From positions 5,791 through 69,790 of the forward strand of contig DATKVC010000001.1 in the NCBI GenBank assembly GCA_035530275.1: a stretch of 64,000 nucleotides of DNA, written 5' to 3'. The notes below the pieces were generated by a model. The model was given only the letters and a program-made list of their open reading frames with translations, did not search any database and had not been told where the DNA came from. This stretch comes from Rectinemataceae bacterium. Its GTDB lineage: Bacteria > Spirochaetota > Spirochaetia > Treponematales > Rectinemataceae. Position numbers and translations under genes: made by a program. Shown in pieces: positions 30,452 to 41,883 of this stretch (position 1 is the first letter of the stretch; every line of letters starts with the position of its first letter).

Positions 30452-32014
30452 ATGGCATTCCAGTCAAAGAATTCAGGAGCCGCCAAGCCGGCTCAGACCC
30501 CGGCCAAGAAGGCCGGATCGGACACACCGCGCAGGGGAATAAAAAACCCCTTCATCTATTTCGGCACCATCGCCTTCCTCGTCCTCGTCATCGTCGCCTT
30601 CGTCTTCTTCCCGACCAGCGCGAGCGTCGGCGGCGCCGGGGCCCTCTCCTTCGGCAGCTACGCCGGCAGGCCCATTTCCTACACCCAGAATTCCTATATG
30701 GTGCAGCAGGTCCAGGCCCTGAGCCAGGCGAACCCGGCCACCGACAACAACGAGCTCTCCAACCAGCTCAGGAACTACCAGATTTACCGGGCGGCTTTCG
30801 AAAGCTCCGTCATCCACGAAGGCATCCTCGACGCGGTCGACCACGCGGGCATCGTCGTCCCCGATGAGATCATCGACGCGGAAATGGCGAAGATGCCGCA
30901 GTTCCAGGAAAACGGGGCCTTTTCGCCCAAACTCTACCAGAACACGCCGAGTTCGCAGCGCCTCGACATACGGGCCCAGCTCCGCGACCAGTACCTCACG
31001 CAGAGCTATACCAATGCTGTCTATTCCATAAAGCCCTCGTCGAAGGAGAACGCCTTCATCGCCGACATGGCGAAGGAGACGCGGACCATCGACTACGCCC
31101 TCTTCCCCCTCTCCGCCTATCCCGATTCCGAACTTGTCGCCTGGGCCCAGTCGAATGCGGGCCTATTCCGACGCCTCAAACTGTCCAGGATCACCATGGC
31201 CAAGGAAGCCGAAGTCGCAGACCTCGCCAAGAAGATCGCCGGCGGACTGGCTTTCGCCGATGCCGCGAAGAAGTCCTCCACCGATTCCTGGGCGAGCCAG
31301 GGAGGCGACCTCGGCCTTCGCTACTTCCACGAGCTTCAGGGCGACCTCTCCTCGAAGGCGGATGCGGATAAGGTCGCCGGCCTGAAGAAGGGCGAGATCT
31401 CGGTTCCGATCAAGACCTCGGCCGGCTCCTGGGCAATCTTCAAGCTCGAGGATGACATCCTCGCCCCCGCCTTCACCGATCCTGCCGTGCTCGCGGACGC
31501 CCGCAGTTACATGACGCAGACCGAAAAAGGAAAGATCGAGGATTGGACCCTCGCCAAGGCCAAGGCCTTCGCGGCCCTTCCCGCCGCCGATTTCGACCGA
31601 AACGCCAAGAAAGATGGTATTGTGACGAAATTGGCCGGCCCCTTCTCCCTCGACTACGGCAACGCCACGGTCAATCTCTACGGCCAGAACGCACCCCTCT
31701 TCACGCCCCTGCCGACTTCGGGAGCCCCCGAGCTCTCGGCGGCCTCGACCAGCGACAAGTTCTTCCAAGCGGCCTTCGGCCTCGCGCCGGGAGCCGTCTC
31801 CGACCCCTTCGTCCTGGGCGACAACGTCATGGTCGTCAAGGTAAAGGAGGCCGGCGTCTCGACGGACGCGGGTCTCGTTTCGGCCTATTATCCCTATTTC
31901 GTCCAGCGCACGATCGACGGCGATCTCCGCTCCATGTTCCTCGCGAGTCCCAAGCTCAAGGACCGCTTCATGGATGTCTACTTCAAGTACTTCAGCCCCA
32001 AGCCCACGAAATAA
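30452..32014 (+). CDS. membrane-anchored PpiD/SurA-like peptidyl-prolyl isomerase (parvulin domain)
   Basis: Start at MAFQSKNSG (ATG 30452). N-terminal TM anchor and a parvulin-like segment (GGDLGLRYF...GEISVPIKTSAGSWAIFKL). Confidence 0.65.
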   Translation: MAFQSKNSGAAKPAQTPAKKAGSDTPRRGIKNPFIYFGTIAFLVLVIVAFVFFPTSASVGGAGALSFGSYAGRPISYTQNSYMVQQVQALSQANPATDNNELSNQLRNYQIYRAAFESSVIHEGILDAVDHAGIVVPDEIIDAEMAKMPQFQENGAFSPKLYQNTPSSQRLDIRAQLRDQYLTQSYTNAVYSIKPSSKENAFIADMAKETRTIDYALFPLSAYPDSELVAWAQSNAGLFRRLKLSRITMAKEAEVADLAKKIAGGLAFADAAKKSSTDSWASQGGDLGLRYFHELQGDLSSKADADKVAGLKKGEISVPIKTSAGSWAIFKLEDDILAPAFTDPAVLADARSYMTQTEKGKIEDWTLAKAKAFAALPAADFDRNAKKDGIVTKLAGPFSLDYGNATVNLYGQNAPLFTPLPTSGAPELSAASTSDKFFQAAFGLAPGAVSDPFVLGDNVMVVKVKEAGVSTDAGLVSAYYPYFVQRTIDGDLRSMFLASPKLKDRFMDVYFKYFSPKPTK

Positions 32015-32021
32015 GGGGCCT

Positions 32022-33665
32022 GTGGGTTCGGGCGATCGCCTCGACGGCGACCGCCCCGCCGATCCCGCGATCGTCTTCTGTTCCGGCGAGGAGAATATCC
32101 TCGCGAAGGGCCGCCTCCTGTACCCGGAGCGCGGCCCTTCGCGTTTTGCCCGGCGCATGGCGGAGGTCGCCCTCGAGGAATCTCGCCGCTCGGGGCCGGC
32201 AAGGCTTATTCTCGTCCTCTCGCCTGGCCTGTGGTTCGGCGTGACCGAGCTTCTCGCCGGATTGCCCGCCGACGGAGCCCTGCTCTGCGTCGAGACCGAT
32301 CCGGAACTCGCAGCCCTCTCTCGCGCGCACATGCCCGCGGGCCTCCTCGCCGATCGACGTGTGGGATTCGTCGCAGGCCGGGATCCCCGAGCCTGGGTCG
32401 AGGCCGCGGCGAGGCTCGGCCGATTTCGGCGCTGCCACCCGGTGCGGCTTTCGGGGGGCGCCGATCTGGACCAGCAGTCCTACCGAGACGCTGCCTTCGT
32501 CCTCGACGAGGATTTCTCCGCCTATTGGCGCAATCGAGCCTCGCTCGCGGCCATGGGCCGCCTTTGGGTCAGGAACATATTCCGCAACCTCTCTCGCCTG
32601 AAAGAGATGGCGCAGCGAACCTTGACGCCCATCTCGGGGGCGACCCTCGTTTGCGGGGCCGGCCCCTCGCTCGAGACCGCCCTTCCCCTCGTCGCCCGCC
32701 ATAGGGATAAGCTCTTCGTCGTGGCGGCCGACACTGCCGCCGGCCCCCTCGCCCTCGCGGGCATCGTGCCCGACCTCGTCGTCTGCCTCGAGGCCCAGAT
32801 CTGGAACCTCAGGGACTTCCTTCCGCTCGAAGGAGCGGAGTTCGCCCTTCTCGCCGACCTGTCGAGCCACCCTTCGAGCTTCGGGATTCCGGGTGCGATC
32901 AATTCATTAAGTATTGTGCGCATTTTCGCGGGAGCCCTGATGGAAAGGCTCCGGAGCCTTGGTCTCCCCGCCCTCGACCTCCCGCCCCTCGGATCGGTCG
33001 GTGTCCAGGCCCTCCATGTCGCCTGGCGTCTCGGAGCCGACCCGCTGTTCGTCGCGGGCCTCGACTTCGCCTTCGAGCCGGGCAAGACCCACGCCCGGGG
33101 CAGCCCCGCCCTCCTCGCCGACCTAGCGACGGCGTCTCGCCTTTCGCCTCTAGGTTCCCGTCCTCTCGCCACGAGCTTTCGGGAAGGAGTGAGGCCGGCA
33201 AACCGCGAGGGGAGCCTGACCGATCCCGTGCTGTCACGTTATGCGGAACAGGCGGCCGAGGAACTCGGGATTTCGGGAGCGAAGGTCTTCGATCTGAGAG
33301 GAGACTTCGGCCTGCCCTTGGGGGCCGAGCGCCTCGATGCCGCTTCAGCGAATCGACTCCTGGGCGAATTGCCCTCACGGAGGGCGTGGGGGCGCGGGGT
33401 GCAGGACAGCGGCGATACCGCGGCCCGAGCCCGTGAATTCCTCGCGGCCGAATCGAAAAGGCTGCTCGTCCTCGAAAAAATGCTGAGGGGCGGCTCGCGT
33501 CCTGACGATTCCACGCTGCTTGGCGCAATCGCCGAGCTCGATTATCTCCTCTGGCCCATGCCCGACGCCGAGCGCATCGCGGCCCTGCCCCAGGATCTCC
33601 TCAACCGTGTCCTCGTCGAGACTGAATACTGGCTCGCCCAACTCGCCGATATTACGGCCCTCTAG
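32022..33665 (+). CDS. DUF115 / MptE-like (motility accessory factor Maf-like) protein
   Basis: TLVCGAGPSLETALPLVARHRDKLFVVAADTAAGPLALAGIVPDLVVCLE is the DUF115 core. GTG start at 32022 with AAGGGG upstream. Confidence 0.65.
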   Translation: MGSGDRLDGDRPADPAIVFCSGEENILAKGRLLYPERGPSRFARRMAEVALEESRRSGPARLILVLSPGLWFGVTELLAGLPADGALLCVETDPELAALSRAHMPAGLLADRRVGFVAGRDPRAWVEAAARLGRFRRCHPVRLSGGADLDQQSYRDAAFVLDEDFSAYWRNRASLAAMGRLWVRNIFRNLSRLKEMAQRTLTPISGATLVCGAGPSLETALPLVARHRDKLFVVAADTAAGPLALAGIVPDLVVCLEAQIWNLRDFLPLEGAEFALLADLSSHPSSFGIPGAINSLSIVRIFAGALMERLRSLGLPALDLPPLGSVGVQALHVAWRLGADPLFVAGLDFAFEPGKTHARGSPALLADLATASRLSPLGSRPLATSFREGVRPANREGSLTDPVLSRYAEQAAEELGISGAKVFDLRGDFGLPLGAERLDAASANRLLGELPSRRAWGRGVQDSGDTAARAREFLAAESKRLLVLEKMLRGGSRPDDSTLLGAIAELDYLLWPMPDAERIAALPQDLLNRVLVETEYWLAQLADITAL

Positions 33666-33706
33666 CAATGGACCTTACTTGCGCTCTTTGTTCTTGTCTT
33701 CGTTCT

Positions 33707-33748
33707 TCGCGATCGCTGCGCGATCGCGTTGCGGATGCTGCGCATCCG
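33707..33748. terminator. twin GC hairpins (cgcgatcgc-tgc-gcgatcgcg, then gcggatgc-tgc-gcatccgc) between the convergent maf-like and lepA genes; candidate bidirectional terminator
   Basis: Perfect stems read from the sequence; no U-tract on either strand. Confidence 0.45.
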
Positions 33749-33757
33749 CACAGACCA

Positions 33758-35581
<1,824 letters not shown>

Positions 35582-35704
35582 GTCGCACTGTAGCGCGAAA
35601 AGGCCTTTTTTTCCAGAGCCGGCATCGCTAACTTACCTCGTCACGCGGATTTTGCTATAGTGGCTCGGCGGTTCTTGAGTTGCCGAACCGGCAAAGGGGG
35701 CTCC

Positions 35705-36010
35705 ATGCTCGAAGATCTCGAATACACTCTCGTCGAGGGGACGCGGAAGGACCACGCGATTTCCCTCTATACACTGTCCACATGCGGTTTCTGCAAAAAG
35801 GCGATGTCCTTTCTTGCCCGCGAAGGTTTCGCCTACCGGTATATCCATGTCGATATGATACCCCTCGAAAAAAAGACGGTCATCAAAAAGGTCCTCAAGG
35901 AAAAATTCAAACAGGACGTCGCCTTTCCCTTCGCCGTCGTCGATGACGCCCAGCACCTGGTTGGATTCATCGAACCCGACTGGAAGCTCACCCTCGGCGT
36001 GAAGGGTTGA
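35705..36010 (+). CDS. glutaredoxin/NrdH-like small redoxin (CGFC active site)
   Basis: ISLYTLSTCGFCKKAMSFL; about 101 aa. ATG 35705 with a purine-rich RBS upstream. Confidence 0.75.
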   Translation: MLEDLEYTLVEGTRKDHAISLYTLSTCGFCKKAMSFLAREGFAYRYIHVDMIPLEKKTVIKKVLKEKFKQDVAFPFAVVDDAQHLVGFIEPDWKLTLGVKG

Positions 36011-36014
36011 GCCC

Positions 36015-36344
36015 ATGGCCGAAAAGAGCCTCGATCAGGTCCGCGTCTTCACCGAGATGGTCGCGGAAAAGCAGGGCTGGGTCCTCAATCAGGACAAGGA
36101 ATTCTACGGCACTCTCGTGTCCGGCCTCATGGCCAACTGGAACCGTTTCGGGTACTTTCTCTGCCCCTGTCGCGACTCGGAGGGAAGCCGGGCTGAAGAC
36201 TCCAAGGCAGTCTGCCCCTGCGTCTGGGCGCGGTCCGATATCCAGAAATACGGCCACTGCTATTGCGCCCTCTATATGTCGAAGGAATTTTCCGAAAGCG
36301 GCAAGGAGCCTTCGGGCATTCCCGACGGTCGATACGCGACCTGA
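36015..36344 (+). CDS. ferredoxin:thioredoxin reductase catalytic-subunit-like protein (FTRc/FDR type)
   Basis: CPC-X14-CPC-X12-CYC cysteine pattern (FLCPCRDSEG...AVCPCVWARSDIQKYGHCYCALY) is typical of FTR catalytic chains. Confidence 0.8.
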   Translation: MAEKSLDQVRVFTEMVAEKQGWVLNQDKEFYGTLVSGLMANWNRFGYFLCPCRDSEGSRAEDSKAVCPCVWARSDIQKYGHCYCALYMSKEFSESGKEPSGIPDGRYAT

Positions 36345-36362
36345 TCGACCGAAGCTTCCGCG

Positions 36363-37553
36363 ATGATCTATCTCGACTGGGCAAGCACCTCCCTCCCCGA
36401 CCGCGAACTCCTCGTCGAGGCTGTCGGCATCGCCGCCGACTTTCCCGGCAACCCTTCGAGCCCTCACGCCCTGGGGAGGGCAGCCAAGGAGAAACTCGAG
36501 GATGCGAGAAAGGGCATCCTCGCCCGGCTCGGCAGAGCTAACCCCGCGCAGAGCCTCGTCTTCGCCGGCTCGGGCTCCGAGGCCGACGCCATTCCCCTCC
36601 TTGCCCTCGCGCGCAAGGCTTCCAAGGATGGGAGCACACCGCACATTCTCGTCAGCGCCATCGAGCACGCGGCTATTCACGAGGAGCTCCCGATACTCAA
36701 GCGGCTCGGCGTCGAATCGACCCTCGTATTTCCCGGCGCCGACGGCCTCATCGATCCGGCCGCCCTCGAAAAGGCCCTGCGTCCCGAAACCGAGGCTGTC
36801 TTCGTGATGGCCGTCAACAACGAGACCGGGGCGATCCAGCCCCTCGCCGAAATCGTCAAGGCCGTCCAAACGCGCGCGGCAATCCTGGGCAAACGGAGGC
36901 CCCGTATCCACGCCGACGCCGTCCAGGCCCTGGGGAAGATGCCCTTCGCCCCCGCGGAACTCGGCCTCGACTCGGCTGCCTTCGCCGCCCATAAACTCCG
37001 CGGCCCCCGCGGCATCGGAGCCCTCTGGCTCGGTCGCCCCCTCGAGCCCCTGGTCCTTGGCGGCGGACAGGAGGGAGGCATGAGGCCTGGCACCGAGAGC
37101 CTCCAGGCGGCATGGGCCTTTCGCGCCTGCCTCGACCGCGCCATCGGCGCTTTGGAAGCCCGGGTCTCGGCAGCCCGAGCCCTCGAGTCGAGGCTCATCG
37201 AAGGCCTCCTCGACATGGGTGCCCTCCCCCTCCCCCTGGGCCGCGAGCCCGGCGACGCACGCTATTCGCCCTTCATCCTCTCGGCGGCCTTTCCCGGCCT
37301 TTCCGGCGAGGTTTTCGCGCGCGCTCTCGCCGCGGGCTGTGCCGAGGCTCCCGACGGCGTTGCCGTCTCGACGGGCTCGGCCTGTTCGCACAACGCGCGC
37401 ACGAAGGGCCGCCGCATCCTCGAGGCCATGGGTCTCCCCGAGGCCCTCTCCTTTTCCTCGATTCGCGTGTCGACGGGGGATCTCACGACCGAAGGGGACA
37501 TCGAGGCCTTCCTCAAGGCCGCGCGAAGGCTCTACACTGCGCTGAAGACCTGA
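36363..37553 (+). CDS. class V aminotransferase / cysteine desulfurase (NifS/IscS-like)
   Basis: SAIEHAAI, HADAVQALGK (PLP lysine) and STGSACS (active-site Cys loop). Confidence 0.85.
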   Translation: MIYLDWASTSLPDRELLVEAVGIAADFPGNPSSPHALGRAAKEKLEDARKGILARLGRANPAQSLVFAGSGSEADAIPLLALARKASKDGSTPHILVSAIEHAAIHEELPILKRLGVESTLVFPGADGLIDPAALEKALRPETEAVFVMAVNNETGAIQPLAEIVKAVQTRAAILGKRRPRIHADAVQALGKMPFAPAELGLDSAAFAAHKLRGPRGIGALWLGRPLEPLVLGGGQEGGMRPGTESLQAAWAFRACLDRAIGALEARVSAARALESRLIEGLLDMGALPLPLGREPGDARYSPFILSAAFPGLSGEVFARALAAGCAEAPDGVAVSTGSACSHNARTKGRRILEAMGLPEALSFSSIRVSTGDLTTEGDIEAFLKAARRLYTALKT

Positions 37554-37600
37554 GAAAAAGCGAAGGCCCCTTGGCCGCATCGCAAGACAACGGAGAAAGC

Positions 37601-38794
37601 ATGGAAGCCACTGCCCTCTACCTCGTGAAGGTGGGCGAAATACTCCTCAAGCTCGGCAATCGCAGGGAATTCGAGAACAGGCTCAAGGCCGACATCGGCA
37701 AGCGCCTTTCGGGCATCCCCCACAAGATCGAATATCAGCCCGGCAGATACTTCGTGTCCGTGGACGAGGAGAGCGCCGCCGCCGCCGAGGAGATACTTTC
37801 CCGAACCCCCGGTGTGAACGGTTGGGCGCGCTGCCTCCGCAGGTCCAAGAACTTCGCCGAAATAGAGAAGGCTGCCCTCGAGGTCGCGGCGACCGCGATG
37901 GCGAAGGGCGGGCGGAGCTTCAAGGTCGAGTCGCGGAGGTCGGACAAGAGCTTTCCCCTCGACTCCTTCGCGATATCGAAGGAATTGGGACATTCGATCC
38001 TCGTGGCGAATCCCGAGAGCAGGGTCGACCTCCACAAGCCCGATTTCCTCGTGAACGTCGAGATCCGCGACCGCGCCTTCGTGTACGGCAATCCTAGCCG
38101 GGGCGTCAAGGGCCTGCCCGTCGGCAGCCAGGGCCGCGGCCTCCTCCTCCTCTCCGGCGGCATCGACTCGCCGGTGGCAGGCTACCTCATGGCCAAGCGC
38201 GGCCTGAACCTCGAGGCCATGTACTTCCACGCCTGGCCCTACACCTCGAAGGAGGCTCACGACAAGGTTAAGGATCTCGCGCGGGTCCTTTCCGCCTATA
38301 CGGGCGGCATCACCCTCTGGACCGTGCCCTTCACCGACATCCAGATGGCCCTCAAGAAGGGCGCGCGCGAGGATCTCACAACACTGATGATGCGGGCCGC
38401 GATGATGGAGATAGCCCATTCTTTCGCGACCAAGCGCGGCGACACCTGCATCGTCACCGGCGAAAGCCTCGGCCAGGTGGCGAGCCAGACCGCCCAGAAC
38501 CTCCGCTTCACCCAGTTCCCCACCGACCTGCCCGTCCTCCGCCCCCTCATCGGCATCGACAAGGAAGATACCATCGCAATTGCGAAGGAAATCGGCAGCT
38601 TCGACATCTCGGTGCGACCCTTCGAGGACTGCTGCGTGATCTTCAGCCCCGAGCATCCCCTCCTCCGCGCCGTCCTGGGGCGCGAAAAGGCCGCATACGA
38701 GGCCCTGGGCCTCGGTCCCCTCATCGCCGCCGCCATCGAGGGCATCGAGAAACTCGAGTTGCCCTTCTCCGAGAGGATCGTGCCGGGGCGCTGA
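37601..38794 (+). CDS. thiI: tRNA 4-thiouridine synthase (no rhodanese domain)
   Basis: Ferredoxin-like and THUMP N-terminus, and a PP-loop LLLLSGGIDSPVA. ATG 37601 verified. Confidence 0.9.
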   Translation: MEATALYLVKVGEILLKLGNRREFENRLKADIGKRLSGIPHKIEYQPGRYFVSVDEESAAAAEEILSRTPGVNGWARCLRRSKNFAEIEKAALEVAATAMAKGGRSFKVESRRSDKSFPLDSFAISKELGHSILVANPESRVDLHKPDFLVNVEIRDRAFVYGNPSRGVKGLPVGSQGRGLLLLSGGIDSPVAGYLMAKRGLNLEAMYFHAWPYTSKEAHDKVKDLARVLSAYTGGITLWTVPFTDIQMALKKGAREDLTTLMMRAAMMEIAHSFATKRGDTCIVTGESLGQVASQTAQNLRFTQFPTDLPVLRPLIGIDKEDTIAIAKEIGSFDISVRPFEDCCVIFSPEHPLLRAVLGREKAAYEALGLGPLIAAAIEGIEKLELPFSERIVPGR

Positions 38795-38883
38795 AGCGGC
38801 AGAGGTAAAGACCAACATGGGCGCGGGCGGCTCGAATTTTGAAGCAAATAGCCTCCTCCCCCGCGTTGTGGTAGATTGGAGGC

Positions 38884-39483
38884 ATGAAGGTGGCAGACCC
38901 CGCATTGAAACTCGAGGACTATTTCACCTACGGGCAGTACAAGCATTGGCCCGAAGACGACCGATGGGAGCTGATCCATGGGAAGGCCTGGGCCATGTCG
39001 GCCCCCTCGGCTGCCCATCAGCGGCTACTTCTCAAGCTCCTTAGGCTATTTGCCGATTTCCTCGACGACAAACCCTGCGAGGTTCTGCCAGCTCCCTTCG
39101 ACATACTCCTGCCTAAGGGAGACGAGGAGGAAGACGCGGTCGACACCGTCATCCAGCCGGATATCGTGGTGTTCTGCGATCCGGCCAAGGTCCGGAATCG
39201 CTATGGCTGGGGAGCCCCCGATCTCGCCGTCGAGATCCTATCGCCTTCCACGGCCAAGAAAGATCTCAATGAGAAATTCGATCTTTTCGAAGCGCATGGG
39301 GTGAGGGAGTACTGGGTCTTCGATCCCTTCGCCCGGAGCGTTTGGGTGTACCGCCGGACTCAGGAAGGGCATTTCGATCGGGGCGAGCTCCGGGAATCGC
39401 CCCAGGATCTCGAACCAATTGCATCGAAGGTCCTCGAGGGTTTCTCGGTCGATCCTGCGGCAATATTCGCCGGGCTGACCTAG
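38884..39483 (+). CDS. Uma2 (DUF820) family PD-(D/E)xK endonuclease-like protein
   Basis: PDLAVEILSPSTAKKDLNEKFDLFEAHGVREYWVFDP is the typical Uma2 core. Confidence 0.8.
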   Translation: MKVADPALKLEDYFTYGQYKHWPEDDRWELIHGKAWAMSAPSAAHQRLLLKLLRLFADFLDDKPCEVLPAPFDILLPKGDEEEDAVDTVIQPDIVVFCDPAKVRNRYGWGAPDLAVEILSPSTAKKDLNEKFDLFEAHGVREYWVFDPFARSVWVYRRTQEGHFDRGELRESPQDLEPIASKVLEGFSVDPAAIFAGLT

Positions 39484-39490
39484 TCCCGAT

Positions 39491-40477
39491 TCACCCCACG
39501 GCCGAGCCCACCTCCTGAAAGAAGCGAAGGAAATTGCGGCCGGCCATATCGTCCAGCTCCGCCTCCGAAAAGCCTCGTTTTGATAAGGCCTCGACGATGT
39601 TCGCATTGTCGAACAAATTCCTGTACCCGGCCATATTCCCGGGAACGCCGTTGATGTCGCTTCCGATCGCCACATGCCGCGTGCCCACTAGATCGGCGCA
39701 ATGGGCGGCGTACGCGGCGAAGGTGCCGATATCGGGAATGCCGGCCCCCTTGTCCCGATATGGCCAGAGACCGATGAGCCCCCCCGCCCCGGATATCGCC
39801 TTCATGAGCTCGTCAGGGATGTAGCGGGCGAAATTCTGGAGGCTCCTCGGCCCCGTATGGCTGCAGATCATCGGCGCGCTCGAAGCGTCCAGCGCCCCGC
39901 GAATCGTTTCGTCGTCGGCATGGGCGAGATCTATCACAATACCGAGTTCATTCGCGCGGCGGACGACCGAGCTTCCAAAATCGGAAAGGCCGCTCCGCTC
40001 CGATTCGGGGATGATCCTTCCGCCCCAGCCCAGGGAAATCGAGCCGATGGCGTTCTTGGAGAAATGGACGAGAACCAGGAGACGAACGCCGAGGGCATAA
40101 ACCGAGTCGAGGCGACCCAGATCCTCGCCGAGGAAATCGCCGCCCTCGATGCCGAGGACGAGGGCCGGCTTTAGGACAGCTGCCGCCTCGGAAATGGCCA
40201 CGGCATCGAGAGCCACGAGGGCGCCCGCCTCGGCGATCCTCTTCCGCGCGGACTCCAGTTGCCGACGCACGCTGCGGAATGGATCAATCTTGAGATGAAG
40301 GGGATTGAAGGAGTTCGGGTCGCCGATCACGCAGAGCACAAAACCTGCGGCCCCCGTATCGGCGAGTTCGGCCAGTCTGACATCGGCGGGTATGGAATTG
40401 CCCGGAATGAGACGCAGGGGAGCGGGAAGGGTTCCCTCGGGGTGCCCATGGACGTCGAAATAGAAGCGGCGATTCAC
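39491..40477 (-). CDS. M19-like membrane dipeptidase family protein
   Basis: FDVHGH N-terminal metal motif, DLAHADD, SHTG. Confidence 0.65.
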   Translation of the reverse strand: MNRRFYFDVHGHPEGTLPAPLRLIPGNSIPADVRLAELADTGAAGFVLCVIGDPNSFNPLHLKIDPFRSVRRQLESARKRIAEAGALVALDAVAISEAAAVLKPALVLGIEGGDFLGEDLGRLDSVYALGVRLLVLVHFSKNAIGSISLGWGGRIIPESERSGLSDFGSSVVRRANELGIVIDLAHADDETIRGALDASSAPMICSHTGPRSLQNFARYIPDELMKAISGAGGLIGLWPYRDKGAGIPDIGTFAAYAAHCADLVGTRHVAIGSDINGVPGNMAGYRNLFDNANIVEALSKRGFSEAELDDMAGRNFLRFFQEVGSAVG

Positions 40478-41037
40478 GGCTTCCGCAACCTCTCAAGGAG
40501 TCCGTCGAAATCCATGAGAAGGCCCTCGTTCTTTTCAGCGTCGTCGGGATCGTTCGCCGTGCCGTAGGCGAAGCCCCGAAGATCGGCCTCGAGAAAGCGG
40601 AACATGTGCTCGAAGGAGCCGATCGCGTTGATCCCGCCCGAGGAATAGATATCCCTGTCCCCATAGACGAGGGCCACGCCCACCGGGCGCCCCTTGAGGA
40701 AGGCATTATCATGGTTCCATAAGCCGTAGAGCCGGTCGACCAGGAGCTTGAGCTGGGCGCTGTAGTTGAACCAGTACACCGGCGCTATGAAGAGGAGCGC
40801 CTTCGCGCAGATGATGGATTCGTAGATATCCGTCATCCCGTCTTTGAAAACACAGTATTCCGATGATTCCGCCCGGCAGAGATCGCAGCCCGTGCAGGGG
40901 CCGATCTTCTTCTGAGCGAGAGCGACGACCTCGATCGACGCGCCGGCGGCCGCCAGGGACTCGGCGGCGCGCCGCGAAAGATAGGAGCAATTGCCCTTTG
41001 TTCGGGGGCTTCCATTGAGCACGAGAAGGTCGGCCAT
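40474..41037 (-). CDS. flavodoxin-like NAD(P)H-dependent FMN reductase / iron-sulfur flavoprotein
   Basis: LVLNGSPRTKGNCSYL, a CTGCDLC cluster and PVYWFN. Confidence 0.75.
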   Translation of the reverse strand: MADLLVLNGSPRTKGNCSYLSRRAAESLAAAGASIEVVALAQKKIGPCTGCDLCRAESSEYCVFKDGMTDIYESIICAKALLFIAPVYWFNYSAQLKLLVDRLYGLWNHDNAFLKGRPVGVALVYGDRDIYSSGGINAIGSFEHMFRFLEADLRGFAYGTANDPDDAEKNEGLLMDFDGLLERLRKP

Positions 41038-41323
41038 GATGATTCTCCTATCTCGATCAGACCGGGCTTGCCGGAGGCATGCCAGACTGCAGCCATGCCA
41101 AGTCCTTTTATGCAGTGGATCGATTGCCGCCCAGACTCAAGCCAGTCTAGTCGCGGAGAAGTCGAAAGGCAACTCTGGCTGTGCCAGACCGCCTGCTGAG
41201 CATCCCGCAAGCGATAAATGGGGATACGGGCGCGATTCCCCTTTCCCTAGAGTTCGAAACCGATCGAACCGCGGCTCGGCCGCGGTCCAGGCAAGCCTAT
41301 GCCAAACTCTCCGGGTGCGTCCA

Positions 41324-41632
41324 TCATTCGAAGAGCTCCAAAAGACTGGCATGCCAGATTTCCAGGGGAATGGTGCCCATCTTTTCACCGAGTCGGCGTT
41401 TTTCGACACAACGAAGTTGATCAAGAAGAAGGAGGGCCTCTTTTCCGCCAAAATGGACAGCCGGACGACAACCAAGGCGTTGCCCCTTACTGGTCAATGG
41501 AGCCATGATGACACGGGGAAGAGCAGCATTGAGATCGTCCGGAGAAATGACAAGAGCTGGCCGAGTCTTCCGGATTTCGCTGCCAACACTCGGATCGAGA
41601 TTGACCCAATAAACATCGCCCCGCGCTACCAT
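41324..41632 (-). CDS. mazF: type II toxin, MazF/PemK mRNA interferase
   Basis: MVARGDVYWVNLDPSVGSEIRKTRPALVISPD is the canonical PemK/MazF N-terminus. Overlaps mazE by 7 nt. Confidence 0.9.
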   Translation of the reverse strand: MVARGDVYWVNLDPSVGSEIRKTRPALVISPDDLNAALPRVIMAPLTSKGQRLGCRPAVHFGGKEALLLLDQLRCVEKRRLGEKMGTIPLEIWHASLLELFE

Positions 41633-41883
41633 TCCCAGTCCTTGTCCAAAGCATCAGAGTCAGCGGCTTGGGCAGCATCCCAAAGAGGCGTATCTTCGTA
41701 GGCAGCATCGGAAACAGCCTTGTCTTCAAACCAACCTTCACGTGGACGACGACTCGCAGCGATAACAAGCCTCCCATCCTCCACGGACAACTCGACAGTC
41801 GACTCGATTCCACAGGTTGCCAATAGGGCGGCAGGAATGATGATACCTCTCGAATTACCGATCTTCCTCACTGTCGCAAGCAT
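41626..41883 (-). CDS. mazE: type II antitoxin, AbrB/MazE/SpoVT fold
   Basis: MLATVRKIGNSRGIIIPAALL swapped-hairpin motif; acidic C-terminus. Confidence 0.85.
   Translation of the reverse strand: MLATVRKIGNSRGIIIPAALLATCGIESTVELSVEDGRLVIAASRRPREGWFEDKAVSDAAYEDTPLWDAAQAADSDALDKDWEW

Noticed and set aside
27787-30486. 899-aa ORF on the minus strand
   Set aside because: It is exactly antisense to the TPR-GAF-GGDEF gene, which has unmistakable motifs. The translation is low-complexity (E/G/R/A/L/V-rich) with no motifs. This is a typical shadow ORF of high-GC DNA.
35988-38905. 530-aa and 457-aa minus-strand ORFs
   Set aside because: They are antisense to the FTR-like, cysteine desulfurase and thiI genes, all of which have diagnostic motifs on the plus strand.
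38884-41883. Uma2 endonuclease-like gene plus mazEF as a defence island
   Set aside because: The two are separated by ordinary metabolic genes (dipeptidase, flavoprotein). No methyltransferase, helicase or other defence genes are present. Uma2-family genes are common singletons.
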